Assembly (NCBI GenBank): GCA_021158245.1
Contig: JAGGVB010000065.1
Coordinates: forward strand, 6,757-70,756
Direction of reading: 5' to 3'
DNA from: a bacterium
GTDB taxonomy: Bacteria > Zhuqueibacterota > QNDG01
DNA: 64,000 nucleotides
Shown here: piece after piece, positions 40,943 through 50,291 of the stretch
Layout of the letters: the number at the start of each line of letters is the position of its first letter
Position numbering within the stretch: position 1 is the first letter of the stretch
Made by a program: the position numbers and the translations under genes
Notes under the pieces: model-generated
What the model saw: only the letters and a program-made list of their open reading frames with translations
Databases searched by the model: none
What the model was told of the DNA's origin: nothing

Positions 40943-41909
40943 ACCAGTCCTCGTATTTATCAGTTAAAAGTGGAGAGAGAGTAAGGCCTCTCCTATCCCC
41001 TGTTTTCACAATGAGGCTTGCAACAAGCCCTAAAAAGAAAAACTGCAGTCCTGTTACAAAAAACAGGAATACAAGAGTAATAACAATATTAAGCTCAGCA
41101 GCATCAAGAGTTTTTCCTGCAAAAAGAAACAGAAACCATAAAAGTGCAAGGATCCCAAGAGCAATAACTCCCGCACCTAATTTGCCGAAAAATCTTAAAG
41201 GAGCACGAAGATATTTAAGAAAAAGATTAAGAGAAGACAAATCCATAAGTACACGGAATGTCCTCGTAAGATTGTACTTTGATTTTCCGAACTTTCTGGC
41301 ATGATGGTTTACAGGTATTTCCGCAATCCTTGCTCCTTCAATTTTTGTCAGTGCCGGAAGGAATCTGTGCATCTCCCCATAAAGCCTTATCCCCTGTATT
41401 GCTTCCCTTCTGTATGCCTTAAGTGCACATCCCGTATCATGAAGATCAACATGGGTAACAGAGCAGATAAGCCTGTTTGCAATAAAAGAAGGTACTTTTC
41501 TTATAAATAGCTTATCCTGTCTGTTTTTACGCCACCCGCTCACAACATCATAGCCCTCTTCCAATTTTGAAAGAAGTTTCGGTATATCTGCCGGATCATT
41601 CTGCAGGTCTCCATCCATAGTTACAAGAACATCCCCTGTAGATATTGAGAATCCTGCTGCCATTGCAGCAGACTGGCCAAAATTCTTACGTAAAAAAATA
41701 GCTCTGAAATCCGGATCTGCAGCGGCAATCTCCTTAAGTTTATCTCGTGTTCCGTCTGTACTGCCGTCATCAATAAAAATTATCTCTGTCAGCAAATCAA
41801 GATTGTCCACAGCTTTCTTAATTGCGGAATAAAGCAAAGGTACATTCTGTTCTTCATTAAAAACAGGTACTACAACTGAAAGGCCTGTAATGTTATTTGT
41901 TAAATTCAT
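40929..41909 (-). CDS. ArnC/GtrB-like GT2 polyprenyl-phosphate glycosyltransferase
   Basis: VPVFNEE, NFGQSAA, TMDGDLQNDP, SGWRKNRQD, HDTGCALKAY, GEMHRF. Confidence 0.92.
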   Translation of the reverse strand: MNLTNNITGLSVVVPVFNEEQNVPLLYSAIKKAVDNLDLLTEIIFIDDGSTDGTRDKLKEIAAADPDFRAIFLRKNFGQSAAMAAGFSISTGDVLVTMDGDLQNDPADIPKLLSKLEEGYDVVSGWRKNRQDKLFIRKVPSFIANRLICSVTHVDLHDTGCALKAYRREAIQGIRLYGEMHRFLPALTKIEGARIAEIPVNHHARKFGKSKYNLTRTFRVLMDLSSLNLFLKYLRAPLRFFGKLGAGVIALGILALLWFLFLFAGKTLDAAELNIVITLVFLFFVTGLQFFFLGLVASLIVKTGDRRGLTLSPLLTDKYEDWYEKE

Positions 41910-41911
41910 AT

Positions 41912-44011
41912 TTATAGATCAACCTGCTTCCACACCGAATCCATTATTTCCATAGAGAGACGGCCGTTATCAAGACTGACAGGCATTTCCGTGCCGTCTA
42001 AAATTGACTTATAGAAAAGATTAATTAATATCTCATTACCTTTAAACAGCGTGTGCTTGCCGGTAAACACCTTTATCTCGTTGCTCAATCCTTTAAAATA
42101 CATTTTCCTGCCGTTGCGTTTAAGCACCATGTTTCTGCTTAAAACCTTGGGAGCCATAGGCACATCTTTGTTTAAGAGAGTGGTGTTGTACATAAAATCA
42201 ACAGTCAGGCTGCCTTTGGTTCCGTAGAGCCTTAAGAAACATAAACGCGGTGTTGCATTAAAAGACAGAACAATGGATGCAAGAACTTTACCGGATTTCA
42301 TTGATATTCTGAGTTCATCACTCTTCATAAAAGGTACAACTTTGTGATATGCGGAAGAGACATTAATATCAGAAACATCATCAACAATATCAAGTAAAAC
42401 ACTTAAGGGATGAGAAATAAAATTTTGGAAAAGGGAGCCCGGAAGATCGTAAACCCAGTGGTTTCTCGCCTGCCACCTTAGATAGGGGCTGCCTGTATTT
42501 GAACTGTAGGATGTCCCGAACCAGCTCTCAACCTGCACAATATTGCCTATTGCTCCGCTGTTCAGTATCTCCCTTGCTTCAATCATTGCAGGATCATAAA
42601 GAAGAGAATGTTCAACACACAGTTTAACATTGTTCTCTTTTGAAGTGCGGATCATCTCCCCGGCCTCCTCTGCATTAACAGCCATTGGTTTTTCCACAAG
42701 TACATGACACCCTTTTTTCATTGCTGCGATTGATACCGGGGCATGAGTCTGTGCTGAAGATACGACATGAACAACATCAAGATTCTCTTTGTCAAGCATT
42801 TCCAAATAATCGGAATAGATATTTTCAACACCGAATTTTTCCGAAAGTCTCTTTGCAGCATCAACATTTGTATCACAAAGCGCAGTAACATTTGCATTTG
42901 GAATCTTTTTAAGGATTGACAGATGTGTTTTTGAAAATGAACCGCATCCGACAATTCCGACATTTAGTTTTTTCTTCGAATTTATTACAATCCGCTTTTC
43001 AGGTACAAGGTGATGACATACAGGTTTCTGCTGATCTTTATGCCACTCCATAACCTCTTTAACAGCTTCTCTGACATTAGGAACCGGCACCCAATCCAGA
43101 TCTTCTTTTGCACGTGTATTTGGATATTTAAGGGAAAGTGTAAATAATTTAAGATATTGAGGGCTAAGGCGTGAAGGGGCCGCCTTACCCATTATACCGA
43201 ACATTTTTCTAAGCATAAACGCTAGAACCTTTACAATTGGAAACAGTATTCTGATTATTTTAAATTTCGGATTCAAAATACTCTTCAGTATCTTAAGATA
43301 CTCTATTTTGCTGACAGATTTGTCTTCAGTAAGATTATAAGCTTTACCTGCACATTTTTCACAAGTAAGTGATTTGGCCACTGCATCTGCAACAGTACGA
43401 ACATGCGTTAGGGTCAATTCCGATTTTCCGCTGCCTACAATTATATATCCGTTTGCTCCTGCTGCTATACCAAGACGTGCGGGATAGAGAAGGCCTCCGG
43501 GCCCGTAAAGCGCCGCAGGCCGAAGTACAACTGTTTCCAGTCCTTCTTTTTCATGAAACTCTTTTATAAGGTTCTCAGCCTCAATTTTTGAACGTGAATA
43601 ATGATTTGTATATTCCTGTTCAAAAGGAGAATCCTCAGGAAATGATGATCCGTTCTTGACGTTTGAATGGTCGTATACAACAACAGAGCTGATAAATATA
43701 AATCTCTTAACTTTGTGTTTTACCGCTTCTTTTAAAATCCGCTCGGTTGAAAGCACATTCTCTTCGTAAAAATTCTCCCACGGGCCTCCCTTTGATGTTG
43801 CAGCGTGTACAATTGCATCTGCACCCTTAATCGAATCAAGCCAGGAAGTTTCGCGGATATTCCCAATAACATAATTTAAGTTGTACTCATCAAGATGACT
43901 GATATTACTTGTCGGCCTTATGAGTGCTGTAATCTCATGCCCCTGCTCTTTTAAAGCTTTGACAAGGTGCTGGCCAAGAAAACCTGAAACTCCTGTCATA
44001 AATATTTTCAT
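41912..44011 (-). CDS. Fusion: extended-SDR epimerase/reductase plus Gfo/Idh/MocA oxidoreductase
   Basis: N-half TGVSGFLG, YSRSK, LRPAALYGPG; C-half GIVGCG, HVLVEKPMA, GAIGNI. Confidence 0.88.
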   Translation of the reverse strand: MKIFMTGVSGFLGQHLVKALKEQGHEITALIRPTSNISHLDEYNLNYVIGNIRETSWLDSIKGADAIVHAATSKGGPWENFYEENVLSTERILKEAVKHKVKRFIFISSVVVYDHSNVKNGSSFPEDSPFEQEYTNHYSRSKIEAENLIKEFHEKEGLETVVLRPAALYGPGGLLYPARLGIAAGANGYIIVGSGKSELTLTHVRTVADAVAKSLTCEKCAGKAYNLTEDKSVSKIEYLKILKSILNPKFKIIRILFPIVKVLAFMLRKMFGIMGKAAPSRLSPQYLKLFTLSLKYPNTRAKEDLDWVPVPNVREAVKEVMEWHKDQQKPVCHHLVPEKRIVINSKKKLNVGIVGCGSFSKTHLSILKKIPNANVTALCDTNVDAAKRLSEKFGVENIYSDYLEMLDKENLDVVHVVSSAQTHAPVSIAAMKKGCHVLVEKPMAVNAEEAGEMIRTSKENNVKLCVEHSLLYDPAMIEAREILNSGAIGNIVQVESWFGTSYSSNTGSPYLRWQARNHWVYDLPGSLFQNFISHPLSVLLDIVDDVSDINVSSAYHKVVPFMKSDELRISMKSGKVLASIVLSFNATPRLCFLRLYGTKGSLTVDFMYNTTLLNKDVPMAPKVLSRNMVLKRNGRKMYFKGLSNEIKVFTGKHTLFKGNEILINLFYKSILDGTEMPVSLDNGRLSMEIMDSVWKQVDL

Positions 44012-45843
44012 TTATCCGCTCCGATCTTATTCCAGTTTTTATTTACATTTTCTAACCACAATTCCAGAATAACGAGGGCCCACAGCCTGTGTGAATGATT
44101 GAACTGTTTTAACTCATGTTCCCTTATCATCTTTTCAACAGCTTTGTAATACACTATACCCCGCCTGCTGATTCTTGCTTCAGATAAAATGTCTCTTATA
44201 AAACCATTTACTGTTTTATTATCTCTCATCCAGTTTTTAAGAGGTACACTGTGCCCCAATTTATCTTTTCTGTGTGTAATCTCAAAAGGCAGAAGAGGTT
44301 CAACTGCAACTCTTTCAATATACTTGGTGTCTGAAAATCCTTTTATCTTAAGTTTGGAATCTATTTTCGAGCAAAGGCTCACTATTTCAGGGTCAAGCAT
44401 CGGCGTTCTCGGAACCAGGCCGAATCCCCTTACCACATCCATACGCCTCAGATAAAATTGTACAACTGTCTGATAATCGCTGTACAAAGATCTGCCGAGA
44501 GAATCTTCAGCTTTCGCCCTGCTGTTAATACTGAGTACATCTTTAAACACATCATCAGGATCTGCGGAATTAAAAATATCTCCTGCTACGATATCTGAAA
44601 GAGAACCGGGCTGATAATAGACACGCCATCTGTGAGTGCCAAGTTCTTTTGGGAAAAAATAACTTTCTGAGAAACGTTTGAGCTTGACTTTAAGGTCTTT
44701 CTTTTTTTCCGAATCGTGAAGCCGCCTGCCCATACTGAAAAACGGGTTGAGAATAAAATCCGGAATAACTGAAAAAATCTCTGCAGTCTTATCCGCAATG
44801 TACACAGGATGCCCTGCAAAAAGCTCGTCCCCTCCGTCTCCGGTAAAAATGTCTTTAACTTTTGAACCTGCCTCTGAGGCGAGAAGATATGTAGCAATGT
44901 TTATCCCCACGTCGCTGAACGGTTCATCCATAAGCGTTGTCATGGAAGCAGCCTTAAGCACACTCTCAGGCGTGTATTCAATCACTCTGTGTTCTGTTTT
45001 AAAAGCATCGGCAACTATCCTGGCAAATGGAGACTCATCAAAAGATTCTCCTCTGCACCTGAATGAAAATGTTGATACACGGCCAGCCCCGTTTTTATCA
45101 AGGAGGGACACAACACTCGACGAATCGAGCCCGCCTGAAAGGAAAGCGCCTGTCTTATCCGGCTCTTTTAAACGGAGTTTTACAGCTTTTGCAAGTTCTT
45201 CGCGAATCATCACAGCTGCATCTTTTTCCGATTTGATTTCATTCGTAAAACTGATATCCCAGTACTGCTTCTCTTTTATCCCTTTATCGCTCCATGTAAG
45301 ATAGTGCGCAGGCCGGATTTTTTTTATTCCATTGAAGAAAGTTTCCGTTCCGGGATTATAGCAAAAAACAAGATATCTTAAAAGTGTGGAATAATTGATC
45401 TCCCCTGTTCTGTCAAGAACAACTGCAAGAGCTTTAAGGGAAGTGGAAAAAACAAGGCCGTCATCTTTCTCGGCAAAAAACAGTGTGCCTGCCCCGATTC
45501 TGTCTCGTACAAGTACTAATTTATTTTCTTTTCTGTTCCAGGCTGCTGCTGTAAAATCGCCGTTTATACCTGCCCACATCGCATCCTGCTGATTTTCATA
45601 TAATTCGTATAGCTTTCCCGCATCAAGTTTATCATCCCTTCCATTAACAGAGTATATTTCTCCGTCAATAAATACAGGGCTGTTTTTATCGCCTGAAAGA
45701 GCAGAATCCTTATCAGAAAAAAATATAAAAAGGTTATCCTTTTCAAATAAGATGCCTTTATGCAACAAATCCCCGCTTGCAAGTTGTTGGAAACGAGGTT
45801 TAATATCCCTTACTGCTGATTTGCCTGCCGCGCCTATGAGCAT
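44008..45843 (-). CDS. Asparagine-synthetase-like amide ligase lacking the N-terminal nucleophile Cys
   Basis: Begins MLIGAAG (no MCG); retains DGEIY, RDRIG, LSGGLDSS, DEPFSD, TGDGGDELFAG. Confidence 0.85.
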   Translation of the reverse strand: MLIGAAGKSAVRDIKPRFQQLASGDLLHKGILFEKDNLFIFFSDKDSALSGDKNSPVFIDGEIYSVNGRDDKLDAGKLYELYENQQDAMWAGINGDFTAAAWNRKENKLVLVRDRIGAGTLFFAEKDDGLVFSTSLKALAVVLDRTGEINYSTLLRYLVFCYNPGTETFFNGIKKIRPAHYLTWSDKGIKEKQYWDISFTNEIKSEKDAAVMIREELAKAVKLRLKEPDKTGAFLSGGLDSSSVVSLLDKNGAGRVSTFSFRCRGESFDESPFARIVADAFKTEHRVIEYTPESVLKAASMTTLMDEPFSDVGINIATYLLASEAGSKVKDIFTGDGGDELFAGHPVYIADKTAEIFSVIPDFILNPFFSMGRRLHDSEKKKDLKVKLKRFSESYFFPKELGTHRWRVYYQPGSLSDIVAGDIFNSADPDDVFKDVLSINSRAKAEDSLGRSLYSDYQTVVQFYLRRMDVVRGFGLVPRTPMLDPEIVSLCSKIDSKLKIKGFSDTKYIERVAVEPLLPFEITHRKDKLGHSVPLKNWMRDNKTVNGFIRDILSEARISRRGIVYYKAVEKMIREHELKQFNHSHRLWALVILELWLENVNKNWNKIGADK

Positions 45844-45857
45844 TACTTTTATGTCCC

Positions 45858-47624
45858 TTAATTAATAAATCTTTTTACAAGCACCCAGTAAATTTTTAGA
45901 ACTGCATTCATAATACCAGTACCCATCTTGATGATTTTTGACTGGCTCCCTTCTCCTATGAGATCTATTGAAGCACCTGTTAACACATCTTTATCCCTCA
46001 CTCTTTTAATCTTCATCACCTCACGTCTTTTGCGAAGAACAAGAGGGAGTGACCATAGTGCTGCAAATCCTCCTTTAATTACAGGCCAGCCCTGCCCCTT
46101 GAGAAGCATACCGAAAAAAACCGCTCCCTGGTAAAGAAAAATTGCAGGCAGAGTAAAAAACAGAGTACGCAGATTGTAAGTTTTCAGTACAAACCACCAG
46201 CGGTTTCTTACCTGATAAAAGACCCACGGCATTCCTTTTTTCTCTTTCAAATGGAAGACCCTGGCTCCTGCAACATTTAGACAGGGATAACCTGCTATCG
46301 TCATTCTGAAAGAAAAATCTCCGTCTGCCCATCCGTAAAAAAAGTCTTCGTCAAAATACCCTATCTCTTCAGCCTTTGCCTTGTCAACAAGCATTGCGCC
46401 TGCAGGTACTGCAGCAACAGGCCGGGGGACATCAAACATAAATCTGTTCATAACAGCCCCGCCTGCAAAATGAATATGTGCTCCGTTGTACTGAATTTTT
46501 TCCGGGCTGTTAAAAAACCGAATTTGAGCGCTTGCTACTCCTGCATCAGGATTTGAATCAAGGGCCATGTTCAGTTTTGACAGGGCATCAGGTGCAAGTA
46601 CAATATCATTGTCCACAAGAAGTACCCGCGGAGCCGCGGCCTCTTTTAAAATCAGATTTCTTGACGGATTAGGCCCTCTGTTTTCCATTGATATGATTTT
46701 GACATCGGGGAATTTCGATTTAAGGACATCAAGGCTGTTATCTGTTGACGAATTATCTACTGCTATTATTTCCGAAATACCATGACAATCCTGCTTATAA
46801 ATTGCATCCAGCGTCTTTCCCAGTACTTTCTCACCGTTGTAATTTATAATTCCTATTGTCACAGGTACCGGAGGAGTACCCTCCTCAGGCGGTTCCCGCT
46901 TTTTAAGTACTTTTGCAGGGCTTCCGACAGCAACTGCATAATCAGGTAGGTCTTTATTTACAACAGAACCAGCTCCTACAATAACGTTCCTGCCGATATT
47001 CACGCCGTCAAAAACAGATACATGCGCACCAAGCCACCCCCCCGGGCCTATGGTTATTCCTTCGGAAGAACGGCTCTGATGCAGTACAGGTATTGAGGGA
47101 TTATCAAAGTGATGAGTTCCGCCTACAAGATAAGTATATGCTGCAAACAGATTGCTGGCGCCTACCCTTACCCTGCTTGCAGAAAAAATGTGGCAATTCG
47201 CGCTTATGTTAACTTCGTCCTCAAGTATTATATCACCATTCTTGCAATTGAGGATTGTATTTCTTCCTATAAAAACGCCATTACCTATGTAGATTCCATG
47301 GTTGCCTGTTCCTTTTGCATCAAGAACGCAATTATCATCTATAACAACATTGCTTCCTATAAAAATCTTTTCCGGATGGCGTAAAACAACATTCTGCCCG
47401 AAAGTAACATTTCTGCCTGCGGAGCCCAGCAGTTTCGGATAAAGGGATTTACGCAAAACAAGGCCCAAAGCTCCCGGCATCCAACTTGCAATACCTATTA
47501 TTGTTTCATATTTAAGGAGCTTAAATATTCCCTTTGTCCCGAGCACAAGATCCTGGTACTTTGCCAGATTCCCCTTGCTGCTGAACAGCTCTTTTTGAAT
47601 TTCTATGGTTTGATTCTGATCCAT
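45858..47624 (-). CDS. Fusion: hexapeptide-repeat (LbH) acyltransferase plus GT2
   Basis: Hexapeptide repeats, WLGAHVSVFDGV..GAGSVV..VGSPAK; Pro-rich linker; then IINYNG, VDNSSTD, LVDND, DEDFFYGWADGD, RNRWW. Confidence 0.88.
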   Translation of the reverse strand: MDQNQTIEIQKELFSSKGNLAKYQDLVLGTKGIFKLLKYETIIGIASWMPGALGLVLRKSLYPKLLGSAGRNVTFGQNVVLRHPEKIFIGSNVVIDDNCVLDAKGTGNHGIYIGNGVFIGRNTILNCKNGDIILEDEVNISANCHIFSASRVRVGASNLFAAYTYLVGGTHHFDNPSIPVLHQSRSSEGITIGPGGWLGAHVSVFDGVNIGRNVIVGAGSVVNKDLPDYAVAVGSPAKVLKKREPPEEGTPPVPVTIGIINYNGEKVLGKTLDAIYKQDCHGISEIIAVDNSSTDNSLDVLKSKFPDVKIISMENRGPNPSRNLILKEAAAPRVLLVDNDIVLAPDALSKLNMALDSNPDAGVASAQIRFFNSPEKIQYNGAHIHFAGGAVMNRFMFDVPRPVAAVPAGAMLVDKAKAEEIGYFDEDFFYGWADGDFSFRMTIAGYPCLNVAGARVFHLKEKKGMPWVFYQVRNRWWFVLKTYNLRTLFFTLPAIFLYQGAVFFGMLLKGQGWPVIKGGFAALWSLPLVLRKRREVMKIKRVRDKDVLTGASIDLIGEGSQSKIIKMGTGIMNAVLKIYWVLVKRFIN

Positions 47625-47627
47625 GTA

Positions 47628-48611
47628 TCAGATAAGCCCCTCTTTTTTATACCACTCTGCAGTTTTTTTCAGACCGTCATAAATTGATACATTAGGATTG
47701 TATCCCAACACCTTCTTTGCTTTTGATATGTCAAATGCTCTGTCCTTAATAAAAAAATCAACTCTTCTTCTGTAAACCGGAGGAGAGATTCTCAGGGGAG
47801 TACAAACAAATTCACACAACGCGCCTGCAAGCCACAAAGGCCAAACCGGGTAGTGAAGCTTCCTGATGTTAACATTTAATACTTTTGCAATTGTCTCAAC
47901 AAATTCATTCAGGGTTGTATATCTTTCTCCTGCAATTGTAAATATCTCTCCCTCTACTCCGGGGGTTTCCCCCACAAGAATTATTCCGTCAACAAGATCA
48001 TCAATATAAGTAAGATGATAGAGCACATTACCGGATCCGAACATTCTGAATTTTCTGTTGCCTATGAATTTAAAAAGTTTCAGAAACCTTGTGTCACCAG
48101 GGCCATAAATACCCACAGGCCTGAAAACAACACCGGGAAGCCCCCTGTTTTTAAAAAAATCCAAAGCAAGAAGTTCCCCCTCCATTTTGGATTCCTGATA
48201 GTAATCACCCGGATTGTACCTGGTATTTTCAGATGCAGGAGGATTCTCTATCTCACCCTGCACACCTACAGTGCTGCAGTGTACAAATCTCTTTATTCCG
48301 GTTTCGGCTGAAGCTTCAAGAAGATTTTTTGTGCCTTCTACATTCACTTCCCAGAAACGTTTTCTCGGAATATTCTGCTCTCTGTAAACAGCTGCTATGT
48401 GATAGACAATATCTATTCCATTAAGAGCAGGAACAAGGCTTTTCTTATCAGTTAAATCTCCAACAGCTAATTCCATTCCAAGAGATTCAAGCCCGGCACC
48501 TTTTTCTTTTGACCGGACAAGACACCTTACCTGATAACCTTTTTTATTAAGTGCACGTGCAAGATGGCCGCCTGTAAACCCCGTTGCTCCTGTAACAAAA
48601 ACTTTTATCAT
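47628..48611 (-). CDS. NAD-dependent epimerase/dehydratase (extended SDR)
   Basis: TGATGFTG, HCST, YQESK, RPVGIYGPGD. Confidence 0.9.
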   Translation of the reverse strand: MIKVFVTGATGFTGGHLARALNKKGYQVRCLVRSKEKGAGLESLGMELAVGDLTDKKSLVPALNGIDIVYHIAAVYREQNIPRKRFWEVNVEGTKNLLEASAETGIKRFVHCSTVGVQGEIENPPASENTRYNPGDYYQESKMEGELLALDFFKNRGLPGVVFRPVGIYGPGDTRFLKLFKFIGNRKFRMFGSGNVLYHLTYIDDLVDGIILVGETPGVEGEIFTIAGERYTTLNEFVETIAKVLNVNIRKLHYPVWPLWLAGALCEFVCTPLRISPPVYRRRVDFFIKDRAFDISKAKKVLGYNPNVSIYDGLKKTAEWYKKEGLI

Positions 48612-48623
48612 TCAAATATCTCC

Positions 48624-50291
48624 TTAAGACCATTGAGTATAAATTTTATCAACTTCGTCAATCTCATTCTGCTTACGGTTTTCCGGCCAGTTGAGCTCTT
48701 TTGCCATTATGTCTGCACAGCGGTTCAATGCTTCTTTTCCGGGGTGTCCCATTGACCCGAGATCAGTCCGGCGCAGAATAACATCGGAAAGTTTCTGTGC
48801 GGCTTCTTCCCTGACAGCAAAAATAATTTCTGCCTCAAGTACTTCTTTTGAACCGGGCACAAGGCCGCCTTTTGTCTGTTCGTGTATTTCAAATATTGAT
48901 TTGTATTCAGTACCGTAGCTTAGTCCAAGGTGTTTACTTACTTCACCGGGAATATTATCAGGAGTATTTCTGACAACTTCTTTTTCAAAATTGTCAAAAG
49001 AAGAGATGTCTCCACCATACAATTTTGTGGTTTTGGAAACAGACTTTAACGCTTTTTTGCCCAATTTTCCGGTTACAAGATTAACCATCTTTTCAGCTAC
49101 GTCCCTTGCTGTTGTATATTTAACGCCAACCACACTCAGCAGGCCGTCAATCCTGTCTCTTTTTTTATGATCGGTAATTCTGTAATGCTTTGTTAACAGC
49201 ACTTCTCCCGTATTCCTGCTTATTCCATCCATAGGCAAAAATCCCTTTTGGACGAATGTAACATCTTCCGGTTTAATGTCTGCTGCAGGAACAGCGCTGT
49301 TTACCTCTTTTAAAAAGCTCTCAACTTCCTCTCTGTTTACTGAAAGAGAAGCGTGCTCTTTTTTGTACGGCCTGTGGAAAGTACCGATTATTGTTCTTCC
49401 TCTCCATGGTGTTGCAAAAAGCACTCTCCTTCCTGATTTTGTCCCTCTGCCAGGAACATCATACCTGTAATGTCCGTAAATTCCGGCCGCAATTTCCGGG
49501 AAGAGATTACGGGACAACACAAGATTCATAGCTGTTGAAAGTTTAAACATGGAAGAAGATTGTTTTTCTTCCGGCAATATGGAGTTAATCCATGCTCCGC
49601 TGGAATTAACAACAACCTTTCCTCTTATTTCAAGTTCTTCGTTATCTACCAAATCTATAGCCTTTACTCCGACAGCTTTGCTGTTTTTAATAATAAGGCT
49701 CTCTGCCTTAACATAATTTGCAGTAACTGCTCCTTTGAAAGATGCTGATTTTACAAATGCAAGAAGAAGCCTCTCGGAACTGTACATCTGCGCATCTGTC
49801 CATACTGCGCCGCCTGTAACATTACTGCTGTCAATTCCGGGCAGAATATATAGACAGCTCTTTCTGTTAACAACCCTGCAGTTCGGTATTGTCCGCAGCG
49901 GATCAACTCCTCTGTTTCTGTCAAAACTTAAAATATCGTTTAACAGCATACCGCAGAACATAACCTCAGGACCCTTAATTAGGTGGCCGTAACATGGCAG
50001 TATACTTGGCAACGGCTGTACAAGGTGAGGAGCAATTGTAAGCATTATTCTGCGTTCACGTACAGATTCACGAACCCTTTTTACATCAAGCTGCTGAAGA
50101 TAACGCAGCCCGCCGTGAACTATTTTAAGACTATTGGAAGATGTACCGCTTCCGAAGTCCCCCCTTTCCACAAGAGCTACAGACAGCCCTCTCAATGATG
50201 CATCCCATGCAATTGCAGCACCGTAAATTCCTGCCCCGACAACTATAAGATCAAATTCTTTTTCTGTAAGTGCTTTGACATTCCTTTTCAT
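48624..50291 (-). CDS. FAD-dependent glycerol-3-phosphate dehydrogenase/oxidase-like protein
   Basis: VGAGIYG, DFGSGTSSNSLKIVHGGLRYLQ, GVKYTTAR, DVILRRT; start at 50291 in a TAATG overlap with the methyltransferase stop. Confidence 0.88.
   Translation of the reverse strand: MKRNVKALTEKEFDLIVVGAGIYGAAIAWDASLRGLSVALVERGDFGSGTSSNSLKIVHGGLRYLQQLDVKRVRESVRERRIMLTIAPHLVQPLPSILPCYGHLIKGPEVMFCGMLLNDILSFDRNRGVDPLRTIPNCRVVNRKSCLYILPGIDSSNVTGGAVWTDAQMYSSERLLLAFVKSASFKGAVTANYVKAESLIIKNSKAVGVKAIDLVDNEELEIRGKVVVNSSGAWINSILPEEKQSSSMFKLSTAMNLVLSRNLFPEIAAGIYGHYRYDVPGRGTKSGRRVLFATPWRGRTIIGTFHRPYKKEHASLSVNREEVESFLKEVNSAVPAADIKPEDVTFVQKGFLPMDGISRNTGEVLLTKHYRITDHKKRDRIDGLLSVVGVKYTTARDVAEKMVNLVTGKLGKKALKSVSKTTKLYGGDISSFDNFEKEVVRNTPDNIPGEVSKHLGLSYGTEYKSIFEIHEQTKGGLVPGSKEVLEAEIIFAVREEAAQKLSDVILRRTDLGSMGHPGKEALNRCADIMAKELNWPENRKQNEIDEVDKIYTQWS

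Noticed and set aside
44008-45843. Lasso peptide cyclase interpretation of the Cys-less AsnB
   Set aside because: No precursor peptide, B1/RRE or B2 protease was seen; the context is entirely glycan biosynthesis.
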